Shown here one piece after another: positions 26,501 to 38,605 of a DNA stretch of 64,000 bases. This DNA comes from Utricularia gibba (Eukaryota > Plantae > Magnoliophyta): NCBI GenBank assembly GCA_002189035.1, contig NEEC01000004.1, forward strand, positions 2,356,001 to 2,420,000, read 5' to 3'. The position numbers and the translations under genes are program-made. Each line of letters opens with the position of its first letter. Within the stretch, counting starts at the first letter, position 1. The notes beneath the pieces were generated by a model. That model made no database searches. It saw only the letters and a program-made list of their open reading frames with translations, and was not told the origin of the DNA.

Positions 26501-28363
26501 TAGAGAATGATAGTTTCAAGCATTAAAAATGTAGAATTCCAACAAGTTTGACAATCAACTGATAACATCTTCGTAGAAACAATATCACATTGATGAACAG
26601 CCTATTCAAATTTCTCTACTCTTTTAGGGGAGAAGGTCCAAAACACTACACTATCATGAATACTTTCAACTGTACCCACAATCTTACTCAGCTCCACTTG
26701 CACAATTAAATTCAAAATACGAGCATTGCAACAAAAATGTAATACCTATCCATGTAATAACAAATCCTTGGAAAACTTTGCAAAAGCTTTGGAAAAATAG
26801 CATCAACTGTAGCACAATTATCCACATTGATTGTAGATAATTTTCGATCTATATTTCTAGACAAAATGTTTCCATCAAAATAGCTAATAACATTTCAGCC
26901 ATATGTGAAGTTGGGACATAGGCAAATCTAAATAAAAAAAATAAATAGATCAAAAAATATAATAAAGTAATAAATAATAAAATTAAAAATACCTCAAAAT
27001 ATATCAATATAATGTACTATAATTGATATGTAACTTTTCTTTTGATTTGTAGATGTCCACATATCTATTGTAATGACAATTCGACTCTTCAGCTTTCCCA
27101 ACGATGCATAATTTCTATTTTTTCTGTTTGTATATAATTTCATAATATCTTTCCTCAAAGTATGTCTTGAAATAATGGTGAATGCAGAATTTAAACCATG
27201 AGAATATTTTCAAAATCAATAATAATCCACCATACTTAATGGATAATTATGTAAAATGACCATTTTTGTGAAATCCTCTCTTGATTTTTCTAAATTAAAC
27301 ATGTGGCTTTCAACATTGATACTCTTCCCCAATTTGATCAAACATTGGTTGATATCCACATTCCCAAATTTTTTTGGACAATGCAAATCAACATGCTTTA
27401 TCAAATTTAATGTCTCTTTATTTGACTCTAAATGTTTTTTTACAATTATTACACTCTGTCATCCATGATTCAGTTTTCTTATCTTAATATCTCTTAAAAA
27501 GATTTCAAACATGAGAAGCTAATTTTCTTTTCCTACTAACCCCACTTAGTTCTTCGACATTTTCCAATCTAATAACATCACTTTCAGTATTTCCATCAAT
27601 CACAACATGTGTGGCTTTACATAATCATTTTCCACCGAAAGTATAGACTCTTTAGATATACCACAACTAGCTTGAAAATTAGTGTTGAATCCATCTGTAA
27701 TTAAAGCAATATTTAGATCAAACATTAACACAAATAAATACAACCAATACATTTTTTTTCAATATAGCAGCAGAAAATCAAAGAAAAAATAATAGAAAAC
27801 TTGTTTTACTTAGCTACCAATAGAAATCATTATAAATCTACGAATAGTTCAAAAACTAAAGAAATGAAATGACTTGAATATATACAATCACATAATAATA
27901 GAGAAGTTTAAATGAATAACCACACAATAAAATAAAATACCTGAAAATTCATATATATAAAATGACAAAATCTTTATTATATTAGAAAGTATGGTACAAG
28001 TGGGAATATATATATTTTACCTTTTCAATGATACCTCCAACTCTTTCTTTTCATGTAAAACCATTGATTGTTTACCTAAGTGTCTAGGTAGGATACTTCA
28101 GCAAAAAGAGTAGGAACTCGGTTCTTACCTGATCGAGGAAAGTAGTTTTAGATATTTGAAACTAAAAAAAGAGATTGAGATTTAAAAATCAGGGCTGAGG
28201 AAATTTATATTCCGTTTTTACCTTAATCCGATTAGAAATAGATCGGGTAATCGGTTTCGATTCCTAATCAATTTCAATTCGGATCCACATAAAAAAGTTT
28301 TAAATTGGGTTCGGTTTTGGTTATTATTAGTACCGGACCAAACTAGAACCATGAACATCCCTA
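23550..28363 (-). mobile_element. hAT (Ac/DAYSLEEPER-like) transposon remnant
   Basis: KFDQYWE...AAVLDPRYKM (26046-26303), SREDFTKMVILHNYPLSMVD (27216-27404) and a dimerisation motif DILAIPI.SVASESAFSTSG (about 25720-25830). The right terminus reads tagggatgttca on the minus strand. The left TIR is decayed, so that boundary is approximate. Confidence 0.85.
23835..25152 (-). mobile_element. Solo LTR, family B, TSD AGATA
   Basis: Termini cgttgcgtg... and ...gcttaaca. AGATA at 23830-23834 and 25153-25157. Collinear with 40713-42017. Confidence 0.88.
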
Positions 28364-29299
28364 CCTATGGCTAAGAAAATTGATTACGTAAATCAAATTT
28401 AAGGAAAGAAGACTCATACCTCTAAATGAGGATGACAAACATCCATTCAAATTACAAAGAATTTGTGAAAATTTAGCAAAGAAAATCATATTATGGTAAA
28501 GTCTCATGCCATTAGAGATGCTATTAAGAGACACAAAATTGAAGTTCAATATATATCTTCCAAAGATCAACTAGCTGATATTTTAATCAAAGCTTTTGGA
28601 AAACAGAAGTTCAAGATCAACATACGCAAAATTGGAGTATATAAGGTGACATATTTGAAGAATTTTATCATTAGAAAGGATAGAGGGAGTGTTAGTGGTC
28701 TTCTTGAGGAAGAATGAAGAACAATCATGTAAGAAATTCACTGAAAAATACACAAATGAAAAGAGATCATGAATTAAAAACTATTGAAATATTGCTTTTT
28801 GGTGATATGAGTATATATGTGAATTGGTTATGAAACCCTACTAAATAGATGTTGTTAAGGAGAGTGTTTTAATGAATGAATAGTGACTTTTGTTTTGAAA
28901 GTGAATTCATGAAGTTTTTTTATTACTATCAAACCATGAATCAAAATTCAACACTACTTACAGTAGAGAAATAGTTCAACTAAGAACACAAAATTAGGTA
29001 GATAACTTTGCAAGATGGTTCCAAAGTGTTGGAGGGGAGGTTGCAATGAACTCAATTTATAGAAAGCTTCAAGAGAGTGTCTTAGGTTTCTATAAATTTT
29101 ATGTATTAGATGCTTCTACAAAAGAAAAGATGCAAATTGTACGAGAATGTAGATATATAACTAAAGGAAATTTTTTTATATAAGTTATGTGTACCTGGGA
29201 TGGATTGAATGTATCCTATCTCAAGGGTACATATGAGATTTTTTCTTATCTTTCGTTGTGATTCTTTTCATCTTAGCATGGTCTTGCATATCACTTATA

Positions 29300-30600
29300 G
29301 TTGCATTTCACTAATTCTCTTATACCACCACCTAATGTTTTTACAAGAGATCACAAGAGGCTATTATTTTCCATTTATTGTAAGTCTAGTCTTTATTATA
29401 CCGCTTTCTTTTATAAGATGAAAGCATCTCTATTAATAAGCATCATTAATGTTTGCATACTTGGATATTTTGTGTATTTTCTAATAGTCATTGATGAGTC
29501 ATAACTTTTTAAGTTTTTGTATCAAATTTTTCAATAGTGACCCTAACAACGTACTCATTCGCAACCCTAACGTTTGTACTATGGATTGTTGTTTGCCATA
29601 CTACAAATTGTTACTCAATCACTTATTATCCACAACCCTAGTACTTGAGCATGTATCCTCAAAATCATCTATATGCTTGCTTTGTGAATTCGAGCACTTA
29701 CCTTTGCCATTCTCTCTTTTACGATCTTGATTGTGTATCTCTTTGAGAGATTGTTGAGGATCTAGTACTTTTACCTACTATTTAGCACTCCTTTTTTTAT
29801 CAACAATACTCCTTGAGCTTTCCACATGCATAAGACTTCTTACTCTATGGGCATCAAACCTGATTTCTATCTTCTTGCATATGCATTTATCTCCTAGATT
29901 CTTGCTATTTTAGCAATCCTTACTAAGTCTTTCAATATACAAGAGATTGCTTCCAAACATTCAACTCTTGAGTAGTTTTTAAGGTCTCATTCATTTCCAA
30001 CCTGGATCTTTATTTTATTTATTTCCTGAATACGAAGTGTTTGAGTTGGCCAACTATAGAAATGTCTTTCCCAACTATTCCTATTCAAATCTTTTAGTCA
30101 AAATGACTTCTTGAGTATTTCCAACCCCACATAAGTGCTTCTTTTTCTTCATGAGAAAATATCATGAAGTGCTCTTGTTCTATCATGCTAACGACCCTTT
30201 CCAAGTTCTTCGTATGTTAATTAGAATTCATTTTTAAGCTTTTATTCTTAGCTTTTTATGTGAGTCTTCTTATAGAAGGAAATAGAAATATCTTCTTAAA
30301 TATTTCTTATTTTGACCTCTTCCAAAAGAAATGCTTTCTCACCAAAATTTTTGTGTTTAAGTCTTGTTCCCTCAAAGATATTTTCTTGTATATTTCATAC
30401 TACACAAAGATATTTTTTTAGACAATTTGCGTATATGCCTTCTTTCTACTTGTTCGCAACTCATTTGCGTCTTCTTTGTGCGAGAGACCTTATTATGGCA
30501 CTCTCGGACCTAGGTGTTGTCTTTCAGGGCACCCCTTATATGTCACTCTTCCTTTGAGTGCTTGGTATCTTGAGTTTTCTACTCGGGTGTTGCCCTATTT
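29300..30600 (-). mobile_element. Degenerate Copia gag/protease fragment
   Basis: The minus strand shows gag-like and protease-like remnants but no intact ORF, and no LTR pair was resolved. Confidence 0.4.
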
Positions 30601-30615
30601 GTAGAGTTTCTCTTA

Positions 30616-32437
30616 GGTTGTGTTTGATAGCTAATATAAGCAGGGATATATTAAGTACTAGAATATAAAATTTCTGTTTAGTAATCAATATAAGTTTTCC
30701 CAATATATATTTTCACTTACTATAAACATATATTTCTCCTATGTGCTGCCCCTCGTTAAATTTATCGTGATATCATGGATAATTTATCCCACTTCACGAA
30801 ATATATGAAATTATCACATTGGCCTAAATTGTTTAATAATGTACACTTCAATTTAAGAACAAAATTGAATCGAAACCCTAACCCTTCCCCTTGAATTGGA
30901 GATTGCTGAATTCGTCATACTAAAACTCCAATTTCAGTTCTTGGGTTCGAACTTATTGACCTACTGATGATTCTTGCTTGTCCAAGTGGAAAAAGACATG
31001 TTTGATGATAGGAATAGTTCTTCGCATTAGTACATACATCTCTCGATTCTCGACCTTCAATTGGGTATGAGGTCAATTTTTAATTTGTTACATTCAAAAT
31101 CTGTATTCGGTTGCTTTTTTCTCTTTTTGTGTAATTGTGTCCATCACATCATTTTTAGATTTTAAGGCTTATGATTTTTGATGTTTGAGGTTTTGTGAAT
31201 CTGATTCAAAGTCATAGATTGTATTTTCATTTTATATCATGCTGTCTATATTTTCACTAGAATTTTTTGTAACTTCAAAATAGATTCAATCGAGGAGCAG
31301 AGCGATTTGTTGGAGTTAGCTTATATATTGAATATGAATTTGACTATTAATCACATTATTGTGATATTCATTCTATTGAATGCAGTCTCAAGTTATAACT
31401 AGCAAAAGTTATTATTCTTATACAATGGAGATATCCAAAAAAGAAGAACATCTTCATAATCATGTGGCTAATGTTCACAGCACATTGCTAGAAGAACTCC
31501 GGATGAATCACAATTTATTTGATCGTTTGTGTGTCCTTCATGACTATGTAGGGCTACCTATTTCAAGGTATGTTACTATTACTAAGAAGGTGTGCATTCT
31601 TCTTGGTATTAGAGCTCATCATAAGAAAAAAAGGGTGCAAAAATATTCGTTCAAAAGATCCACATGGATATTTAGATATCACTTCAAGACAATCCTTACT
31701 CTAAGAACTCCAAACGTAACGAACTCATATAATTAATTAATCACAATATAACTCATTGGCATACTTACCAATTCATCCCATAGCTTATCAAGGGCATCTA
31801 TCATTTGCATGGTGCTATTCCAATTGGCTCCAGATTGTGAGAGTATATCCATAATCATATAGTATTCCTTCTTCGAAATCTTAATCTTCAACGAGATATG
31901 AGAGATTGATGTCAACGTAGAATCAGGTTTACGTTTCTTCAATGCCTTCTCTAGTGCAACTTAGAACCCATTTCGAAAGCCATTTTTGCTCTTCCAAGCA
32001 CTATCAATTATTTTTTTGAACACCACAACCAGAAGGTGTTTCTCTTCAGCATTCCAGTTCTGTTTCGATTTGGACCGAACATTGTTATTATCGGCAATAG
32101 AACTTGCCATGGATACTTACAAGAGAGAATCGATTTGACAGATCACAATTAGAAGCGGGCACAATCAAAGCAGCACAATATACTACGAAGAACACTAGAT
32201 TAAATTGAGACAAAATGTTAAAGGATAGATAAGTAATCTCAAATTCATTAACTCAACTTATCCTGAACTCTACTACCTACAAAACATCGAATAAATTTGT
32301 ATCAAGACATAAAAAATATGTTACCACAATAAATACATTAATATCTTGATATAAATTTATATCAAGATAAATATACCTATATAACTTTAGTTGGCGACCA
32401 AAGAAACGCTTAAGGACTGTTTTTATCAGACACCACA
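30616..32437. mobile_element. PIF/Harbinger deletion derivative: transposase N-terminus (+, 31380-31736) convergent with a Myb/SANT gene remnant (-, about 31733-32110)
   Basis: LEELRMNHNLFDRLC...RYVTITKKVCILLGIRAHHKKKRVQKYSFKRS matches the Harbinger transposase N-terminus. The minus strand gives MASSIADNNNVRSKSKQNWNAEEK...WKSKNGFRNG...HISLKIKISKKEYYMIMDILSQSGANWN (Myb/SANT-like, frameshifted). Imperfect TIRs ggttgtgtttgata / tatcagacaccaca (11/14) are flanked by TTA and TAA. Confidence 0.75.
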
Positions 32438-32527
32438 TAATGGGGTTCTCTTCGTTGAGAGGTGTCAATCAGAAATCATAATTTTTGGGCATGTCTTCAC
32501 TCAAGCACTTGAATACATGCATGCCCC

Positions 32528-32728
32528 CAGGGGTGGATCTTCAACTTCAATATAGGGGGACAAAAAAAATATTTTGTAAACCCAGGGGGGGGGGGGGGGG
32601 GGGGAGGGGGGAGAGGGGGTTAAAATTTAATTATTATACCTTTAAAACTTATTAACTCTAAACTGATTCATTTTTTTTATATAGGGGGGGCCACAGCCCA
32701 TGCTTATTATGGTTAAGATCCGCCCCTG
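32528..32728. mobile_element. hAT-type MITE (201 bp) with an internal poly-G tract
   Basis: TIRs caggggtggatctt / aagatccgcccctg. 8-bp TSD catgcccc / cctgcccc (7/8). G20 at 32585-32604 followed by further G runs. Confidence 0.8.
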
Positions 32729-33246
32729 CCTGCCCCGAAATGCGTTGAGGCGCAGCAGTTGACTGAACATCCAGGGTAAAGAACAGTTTAGGCGCGGATC
32801 GTAATGTGGCGTCATGCAAAAAAAACTGTTAGGATTTCATCTTATTCTACCTGAGAATACCCTTGGCCAAATCATTTTATCCGTTGACTTCTATTAAACA
32901 TACCGAGGATTGAAGAATTATTGCTGACTTAAATTATTCTTTTATCATAATAAATTCTGAGTTAACAAAACGACTCGGAACAACAACACATGCTTTTTTA
33001 TTCATTGTTTATAAAGCTTTTGTTTCTGGCCACCGACAACTTTTGATTCTGTCTCCAGCTTCTTTGGGACGCTACAAATAAACAGACGCATAAAAAAAAA
33101 TGGCATTTCTTTTATTAGCAAGGTATGAAGCGTAAAATCACATTACATCTGACACATGCTACAGGTGGGTTGGTATTCCGACGGCATCCTAAAGGAATTT
33201 CGGTGATTAAAAGAAGGCATTATTCATATATTTCTGAGGTGGGACT

Positions 33247-34908
33247 TCACCGGAGTTGTATCCACATCCCTTCGCTGGGAATGCGCTCATGGACCAGGTA
33301 CAGGATGTAGAACCCGGAGGGCGCGTAACTCCGCGACCCCGGAGTTTTGATCCGCATCTGAAACGTGAATTTCCCGACTTGCGCCACATCTAACGGATTC
33401 ACAACCACTAGCCTTTGGTTCATGGAGAACGAGTGGGTGTTGAACGGCGGCGCGTAGAAGGCAACCGTCAGTCCTTTCGTGTTCAGTTTCTGAGGTGCGA
33501 TCGTGAATTGGATGTTGAGAAGCTGATTGTGGCCGGCTGTGAGATGGTAGGGCGGTGGAGGGGCAACGATGATGGGGCGGAGATCGGCGAATTCAGGGGA
33601 TAAATACGGCGGGGAGAAGGATTGGAGGGACAAGTCGGTCGGGAAATTGACTCCCGTGAATCGGTAAAGTAGGTGGGGGTTGCTTCCGCTGACCAGCACC
33701 CTGCCGTCGCGGAGGAGAACGGCGGTGGAGTGGTACATGCGCGGCGTGGAGCTTCCGGTCTGCACTTCGAATCTTGAACCGGCCGGGTTCGTGGGTTTGT
33801 AGATAACAGGATTGAGAACCGGGTCCCTGCCTAGTTCCCAACCGGCGGTACCTTTGCTCCCGCCGTTGATGATCAAAACGTCGCCGTTTGGGAGCAAAAC
33901 CATATCCCCCATTGTTCTGCGTAACGGCATTTTCTCCATACTCCACTGCGGGTTCTTGACGTTAACTCCTATTCGGCCGCAAGTATCAAGCGCATCCACA
34001 AATTGCCCCTTCTTGGCCATGAGGAAAGATCCCTTGGGTGCGCCGCCGCAAACCAGAACCTCGATTCCAGCGGCGTCCCCGTCCAATATCGGAAGAACGA
34101 CTGCCGAGCCTGTACTCGGGTAAGTCCTGGGATCGCCGCCGGGGATTTCTGGGTAATTTCTCACTACTCTGGATGTCTTGTAATCGAACAGAATAGCACG
34201 ATTATTGGCGAAGATGAAGAGATTCCCATCATGATTGAGAAACACGAACGGGTAAAGATTGTTCTCGATTTTCGGATCGTTCGTCTCCTTCAGAAATGGG
34301 AAGTAGAAAGAACCTTCACGGGGAGATGTTTTCGGAAAGAATTCGTAATTGAACTGCGCCCGCCCTCCGATTATGATCTCCCTACCGTCGGGTAAAATAT
34401 GATTCGTCGCGTACCACCGTTTCTGAGCTAAGCCGCCCTGGATTTCTTCCCATTCGCAAGAATTGTCATCGCAGGGGTTGTAGATTCTAACGGTATGATC
34501 ACCGTCATTGTAGCCGCCCGTTTGCATAAGCCTCCCGTCCGGCGAGACGGCTCCAGAGGAGCACCATACGTCGGTAAGAACCATCAATGGGCGGACGGCG
34601 TTCTTGGCGACGTCGTACTCAACGGAGTGAGCGGTGCAATCGACTTTCAACGCGGTATCCCTTGCATCATGGCGGCACTTACCACCGGGAAGTGATATGT
34701 TGGATTTGCCGAAGTCGGTGCGGTCGAAAATGACGACGCGGTCGTTGTGGAGGAGCTGCATGTGCATGGCTGAGATTCCAATGTTGGTGAGTAGGAGCTT
34801 CCATGTAGCAGTAGGGGCGGCGCGTGTGAGAACGCTCAAGACGTCGATGAGTAGAAGGAAAAGAATTAAGCCCCGGAGGGAGAAGGGTGCGGCGGTTGCC
34901 GGAGACAT
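33247..34908 (-). CDS. GLOX: Glyoxal/aldehyde oxidase (GLOX, galactose-oxidase-like copper radical oxidase), 553 aa, intronless, secreted
   Basis: Signal peptide, ISAMHMQLL, WCSSG (Cys of the Cys-Tyr cofactor), RWYATN, RMYHS and FNTHSFSMNQR copper-ligand motifs. ATG at 34908; the ORF-track start at 34938 is GTG. Confidence 0.95.
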   Translation of the reverse strand: MSPATAAPFSLRGLILFLLLIDVLSVLTRAAPTATWKLLLTNIGISAMHMQLLHNDRVVIFDRTDFGKSNISLPGGKCRHDARDTALKVDCTAHSVEYDVAKNAVRPLMVLTDVWCSSGAVSPDGRLMQTGGYNDGDHTVRIYNPCDDNSCEWEEIQGGLAQKRWYATNHILPDGREIIIGGRAQFNYEFFPKTSPREGSFYFPFLKETNDPKIENNLYPFVFLNHDGNLFIFANNRAILFDYKTSRVVRNYPEIPGGDPRTYPSTGSAVVLPILDGDAAGIEVLVCGGAPKGSFLMAKKGQFVDALDTCGRIGVNVKNPQWSMEKMPLRRTMGDMVLLPNGDVLIINGGSKGTAGWELGRDPVLNPVIYKPTNPAGSRFEVQTGSSTPRMYHSTAVLLRDGRVLVSGSNPHLLYRFTGVNFPTDLSLQSFSPPYLSPEFADLRPIIVAPPPPYHLTAGHNQLLNIQFTIAPQKLNTKGLTVAFYAPPFNTHSFSMNQRLVVVNPLDVAQVGKFTFQMRIKTPGSRSYAPSGFYILYLVHERIPSEGMWIQLR

Positions 34909-35088
34909 GATTTTGTAAGGCCGTGACGTGCCACCCACCCTGAGTCGGGCTTCTTAAGTAGCTGTTGCCAGAGAACGCCATATTAGATAGAGTCTCGCAC
35001 GCAAGATAGAGCTAATTAAATTCATCCCCCCTTTTTTTCTTTTATAAAGAGATTTTTTTGGTTAATTCAACCGGTAGGTAATATCACC

Positions 35089-35102
35089 CTCTCTCTCTCT
35101 CT
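35089..35102. promoter_or_regulatory. (GA/TC)7 tract in the GLOX proximal promoter
   Basis: ctctctctctctct lies about 180 bp upstream of the ATG and about 40 bp upstream of a TATA-like tttataaa at 35041. Confidence 0.45.
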
Positions 35103-37395
35103 TTTTTTTTTAAAAAAAAAAGAGAATATTTTCCTGAATTTCCTCACATGCAAGCTGGCCGGATAAACATAAAGGGCGATTTTTTTTTTTTTTATAAATT
35201 TTACAAAATACAAAAACTTGACATTAGCCAAATGTTTTCAGGTGCAAATTATTTTTTAAATAATCTCAAAATGATTATTTTAATTCACAATTTTGAAGAA
35301 AAAAAAGTAATATTCACGTGGATATGACACTAAGATATTGCTTCTGCGTATTCATTGCTTGGAATATGTAAATTCAGTTTTATGTGACTAATTAACGTGC
35401 TCATAATGAAAATGTGTATACCTGGTACAGGATTGGGGAAAGCATTGTTGATTTTGTATTATATATGAATAATTCGTATTAAAAATAATTATTTTATTTT
35501 AAGAAATAGAGACCGTATTCAGTCTACTTGTAGAATGGACGTGCTATGAATGAACAAGAAAAAAAGGACTTGCCCTAGGGTTTTGATTATTTTTATTTTT
35601 ATTATTTATATGATTATTATTCTTATTTTGAAAAAGGATTTCGGATTGCTATGGCAGAGCTACATCAAATATCCTCGTAGTAATTACTCTTTTATTTTTG
35701 TCATATCATTTTTCATCCCCCGTTTAGATTCAACTTTTTTTTATTAGCACTCATCTAAAATATAGATAATAAAATTTAGATTTTTTTTTATTTTACTTCC
35801 CAAAAATCGATTTTCAAGAAGTTTTTTTAAAATAAAATAGAAATTTAGAATTTTTTTAAATAAAATAGAAATTATATTTCTGTAACTTTTTAAAAATAAA
35901 TATGTTTCTGAATTAGATGTTCTTTATATTTTTAGAACCGTTTTTAGAATGTTTGTCTAACATCGAAATGTTAAAACAGTGTATGATGAACGCCCTAGTC
36001 ATCAAGGGAGAGAGAGACCAGATGTGCGATGGTGCCTAGAAAAAGTATTTGAGAAGATAAAATACTCATTCACGGGTCAGAATTCCGGATTTGAGAAGAT
36101 AAGCATCCAATTAAATGCATAAGACGCCTAATTCAAGAAAAGAATGACAAAACCGGGTGTGCCAAAAGGAGAACAGGGTGCTGCAATATGTTTTTTTTTC
36201 AAAGGAAATGATGGGGTTTTTATGGCTCAAAGGGAATTCGAAAGTTATCGGGACAAGCTACAAGCAGCACTAAAGACAGACTAGGCGTTGGGTGCACCTA
36301 CGAAGAATTGCAAGCCCGCCTACCGCTGAACTCATTCTTATTTTGATGCTTTAAGAAATCCCGTGGACGAGGGCCATGAATTCGATTCAGGGTTTTTGTG
36401 CTAACATGGAAATGAGAAGAAAATGAGGTGTGTAGCGAAAAGCAGCTTATGAATGCGATGGATCCCTGCAACAAAAAAAAAAAAAAAAAAGAGCTATTTT
36501 TCAAGAAGTTGAGGTGTGCACACCACCATTGTAGTAGGTTTGCATCTAGAAAAAAAAAAAACATTTTGATGACTTCAGGGTTTATAAAATGTAAAATTCC
36601 TTTCAATGATTTGGATTTGATGTATCTTGGTTAGAAGTTAGGACCCAACACGCGTGAAGTTGTCTTTGATGCCCATTAATGATGTGTTCTTTTTTAGGGC
36701 CCAATAGTCACCCAAATCTGCTTCGTGGGATGAATATCACAGGCGTGAGGGGCAAACTCAAGGAGAATGTTGTTGAGGGGGGTTTTTTAGGCATATTTCA
36801 ACCAATGAAGTAAAAAACACTTCGGTCCCATTTGGAAGATTGTTTAATTTAGAGTTCACTAAAAGTATTATTGTTTAGATAAATAAACATCTATTGTTTA
36901 GATTGAATATGTGTTTAGTAACATTTTATTTAAATGAGAATGTTTATAATATTTTATGTTTAATAAACTGTTATTAAATAAATTCTTTTATGGAAATTGT
37001 CTAAAATACCCCCATAATTATTTAAAGACCTTTTACAATCATTTTTCCTATTCTTCCAATTATGTTCCTTGAATTTTCTAGGATTCTTCTCTAGTGTTTC
37101 ACATCCATGTAAGATCCATCTCTATTTTCAATTTATGATATTGATTCCACACTCCTATCTCATCAACTCCATTGTTTTCAAAGTTTTTAGATTGATCTAT
37201 ATAAGAAACAAATTATGCTACTTTTTTATTGTTGATTCGATTGAGATTTTTTAGTTATATTTACTGTAATCTCTTGGCATGGACTTAATAGCTAATGGGT
37301 GATGTTATATGAGAAACAAACTGATTAGACCCAAGAATAAATGACATGTACCGAAGGAAGAGAGGTTCTAGGGTTAGATGTAATTAGAATGTGCA

Positions 37396-38605
37396 TAATA
37401 CATGCCGTTTCCACAACAAATTTTAAATATTTTTAAAATTTGTAAAACACAAAATATGTAATATGGGTGTCAAACACAAGGAATTGCTTTTCAATTAAAT
37501 GTGAAACTACCCCAAATACAACTATCATGATTTATAAACGGTTTGTAAAATAAAATGTGTGAGAAACGTAAGTGATGAATCTTGAATAAGGTAGTAAGGA
37601 GGTTTAAAAAAATAATGGAAATGAACGATAAACCTTAAATAAAGAGAATGTCCTTGGGATTGGAATCATGCCTAACTACGTTCATGATTCCAATGACTCA
37701 ATGACTATCGTACCCAAATGGTCGAATTGTACATGTCCGAGTGTTACCAATGACTCAATGAGTCTAGATAATAGGTCACTATCTGTCTATTGATCCTGAG
37801 GTACGGCCACACATAAAAAGTTGTCTCCCTACTGCCAAAAGGGCATGAGTTGGTACTTTTCATCTTACTTCTCTTCAAAACTCACAAATAGTGATCAGCT
37901 AATCATAAATCTTAAATAAATGGACTGCTACAAAAAGACTGTAACATAAATTACATGGAGGCATACAGAATGCAATCAGATTCAAAGAAGAAATAGAGAT
38001 TAACTAACGAAATGTAGAATTGGGAGTCTCCCAACCGAGAAACGAAAGTTTCTAGTTGCAAACGACCATACAAACTAAGGAAAATGAAGCAGGTTTTAGA
38101 GAGAAGCTAGAGGAAAAATCTTTTAGAGAGAGAAGTTGAAGTAGAACTAAAAACTAGAATTGAATGCTAACTATCTGAATTGAATTGAACTACTTTTTCT
38201 GAGTTTCCGTGTTCTTCTATTCATGCTGGATTGGAGTGACTTGCAAGAAAGCTTCTTCTCTAACATTGGTATGCTAATGATTTTATTTGTCAAAAACTCC
38301 TGTGTACCGCACGTCGACACTCATCATTAGGCGTCTTCGTTCTTTTGGAAATTAAGGAGATGTCAGTTTAGGAAGATCTATTTTGTCGCCACTATTGCTT
38401 CCTTTTCACACTTCCTGCCACATGTTCGCCTTTAGAAAAATTTAAACAAAATTAGACAAAACATTAGATAAATACAAGATTTAGGATAATTATCCTAATT
38501 TAGATAAATATCTAAATCTTATATTATAAACTCCTAACTAAATAAATTTAATCATATTTAGACATAAAAACGACCTAAAAGATAGTGACAAAATGACACT
38601 TAACA
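37396..38605 (-). mobile_element. Solo LTR, family B-related termini, TSD GTGCA
   Basis: The ends taatacatgccgtttccacaacaaattttaaa and aaaatgacacttaaca match family B termini. GTGCA at 37391-37395 and 38606-38610. Confidence 0.8.

Larger units (their letters stand above)
22002..28953 (+). mobile_element. Internally deleted Ty1/Copia element, LTRs 22002-22252 and 28690-28953, TSD CTACT, interrupted by a hAT element
   Basis: Both LTRs start tgttagtg and share ggttatgaaacccta and aatgaatgaatagtga. PBS tggtatcaaagc at 22253 and PPT gatagagggag before 28690. Gag remnant 22270-22990, RT (HYYLGIE) about 23030-23550, RNase H (LWLRKL...DQLADILIKA) 28364-28680. CTACT at 21997-22001 and 28954-28958. 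Confidence 0.85.
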
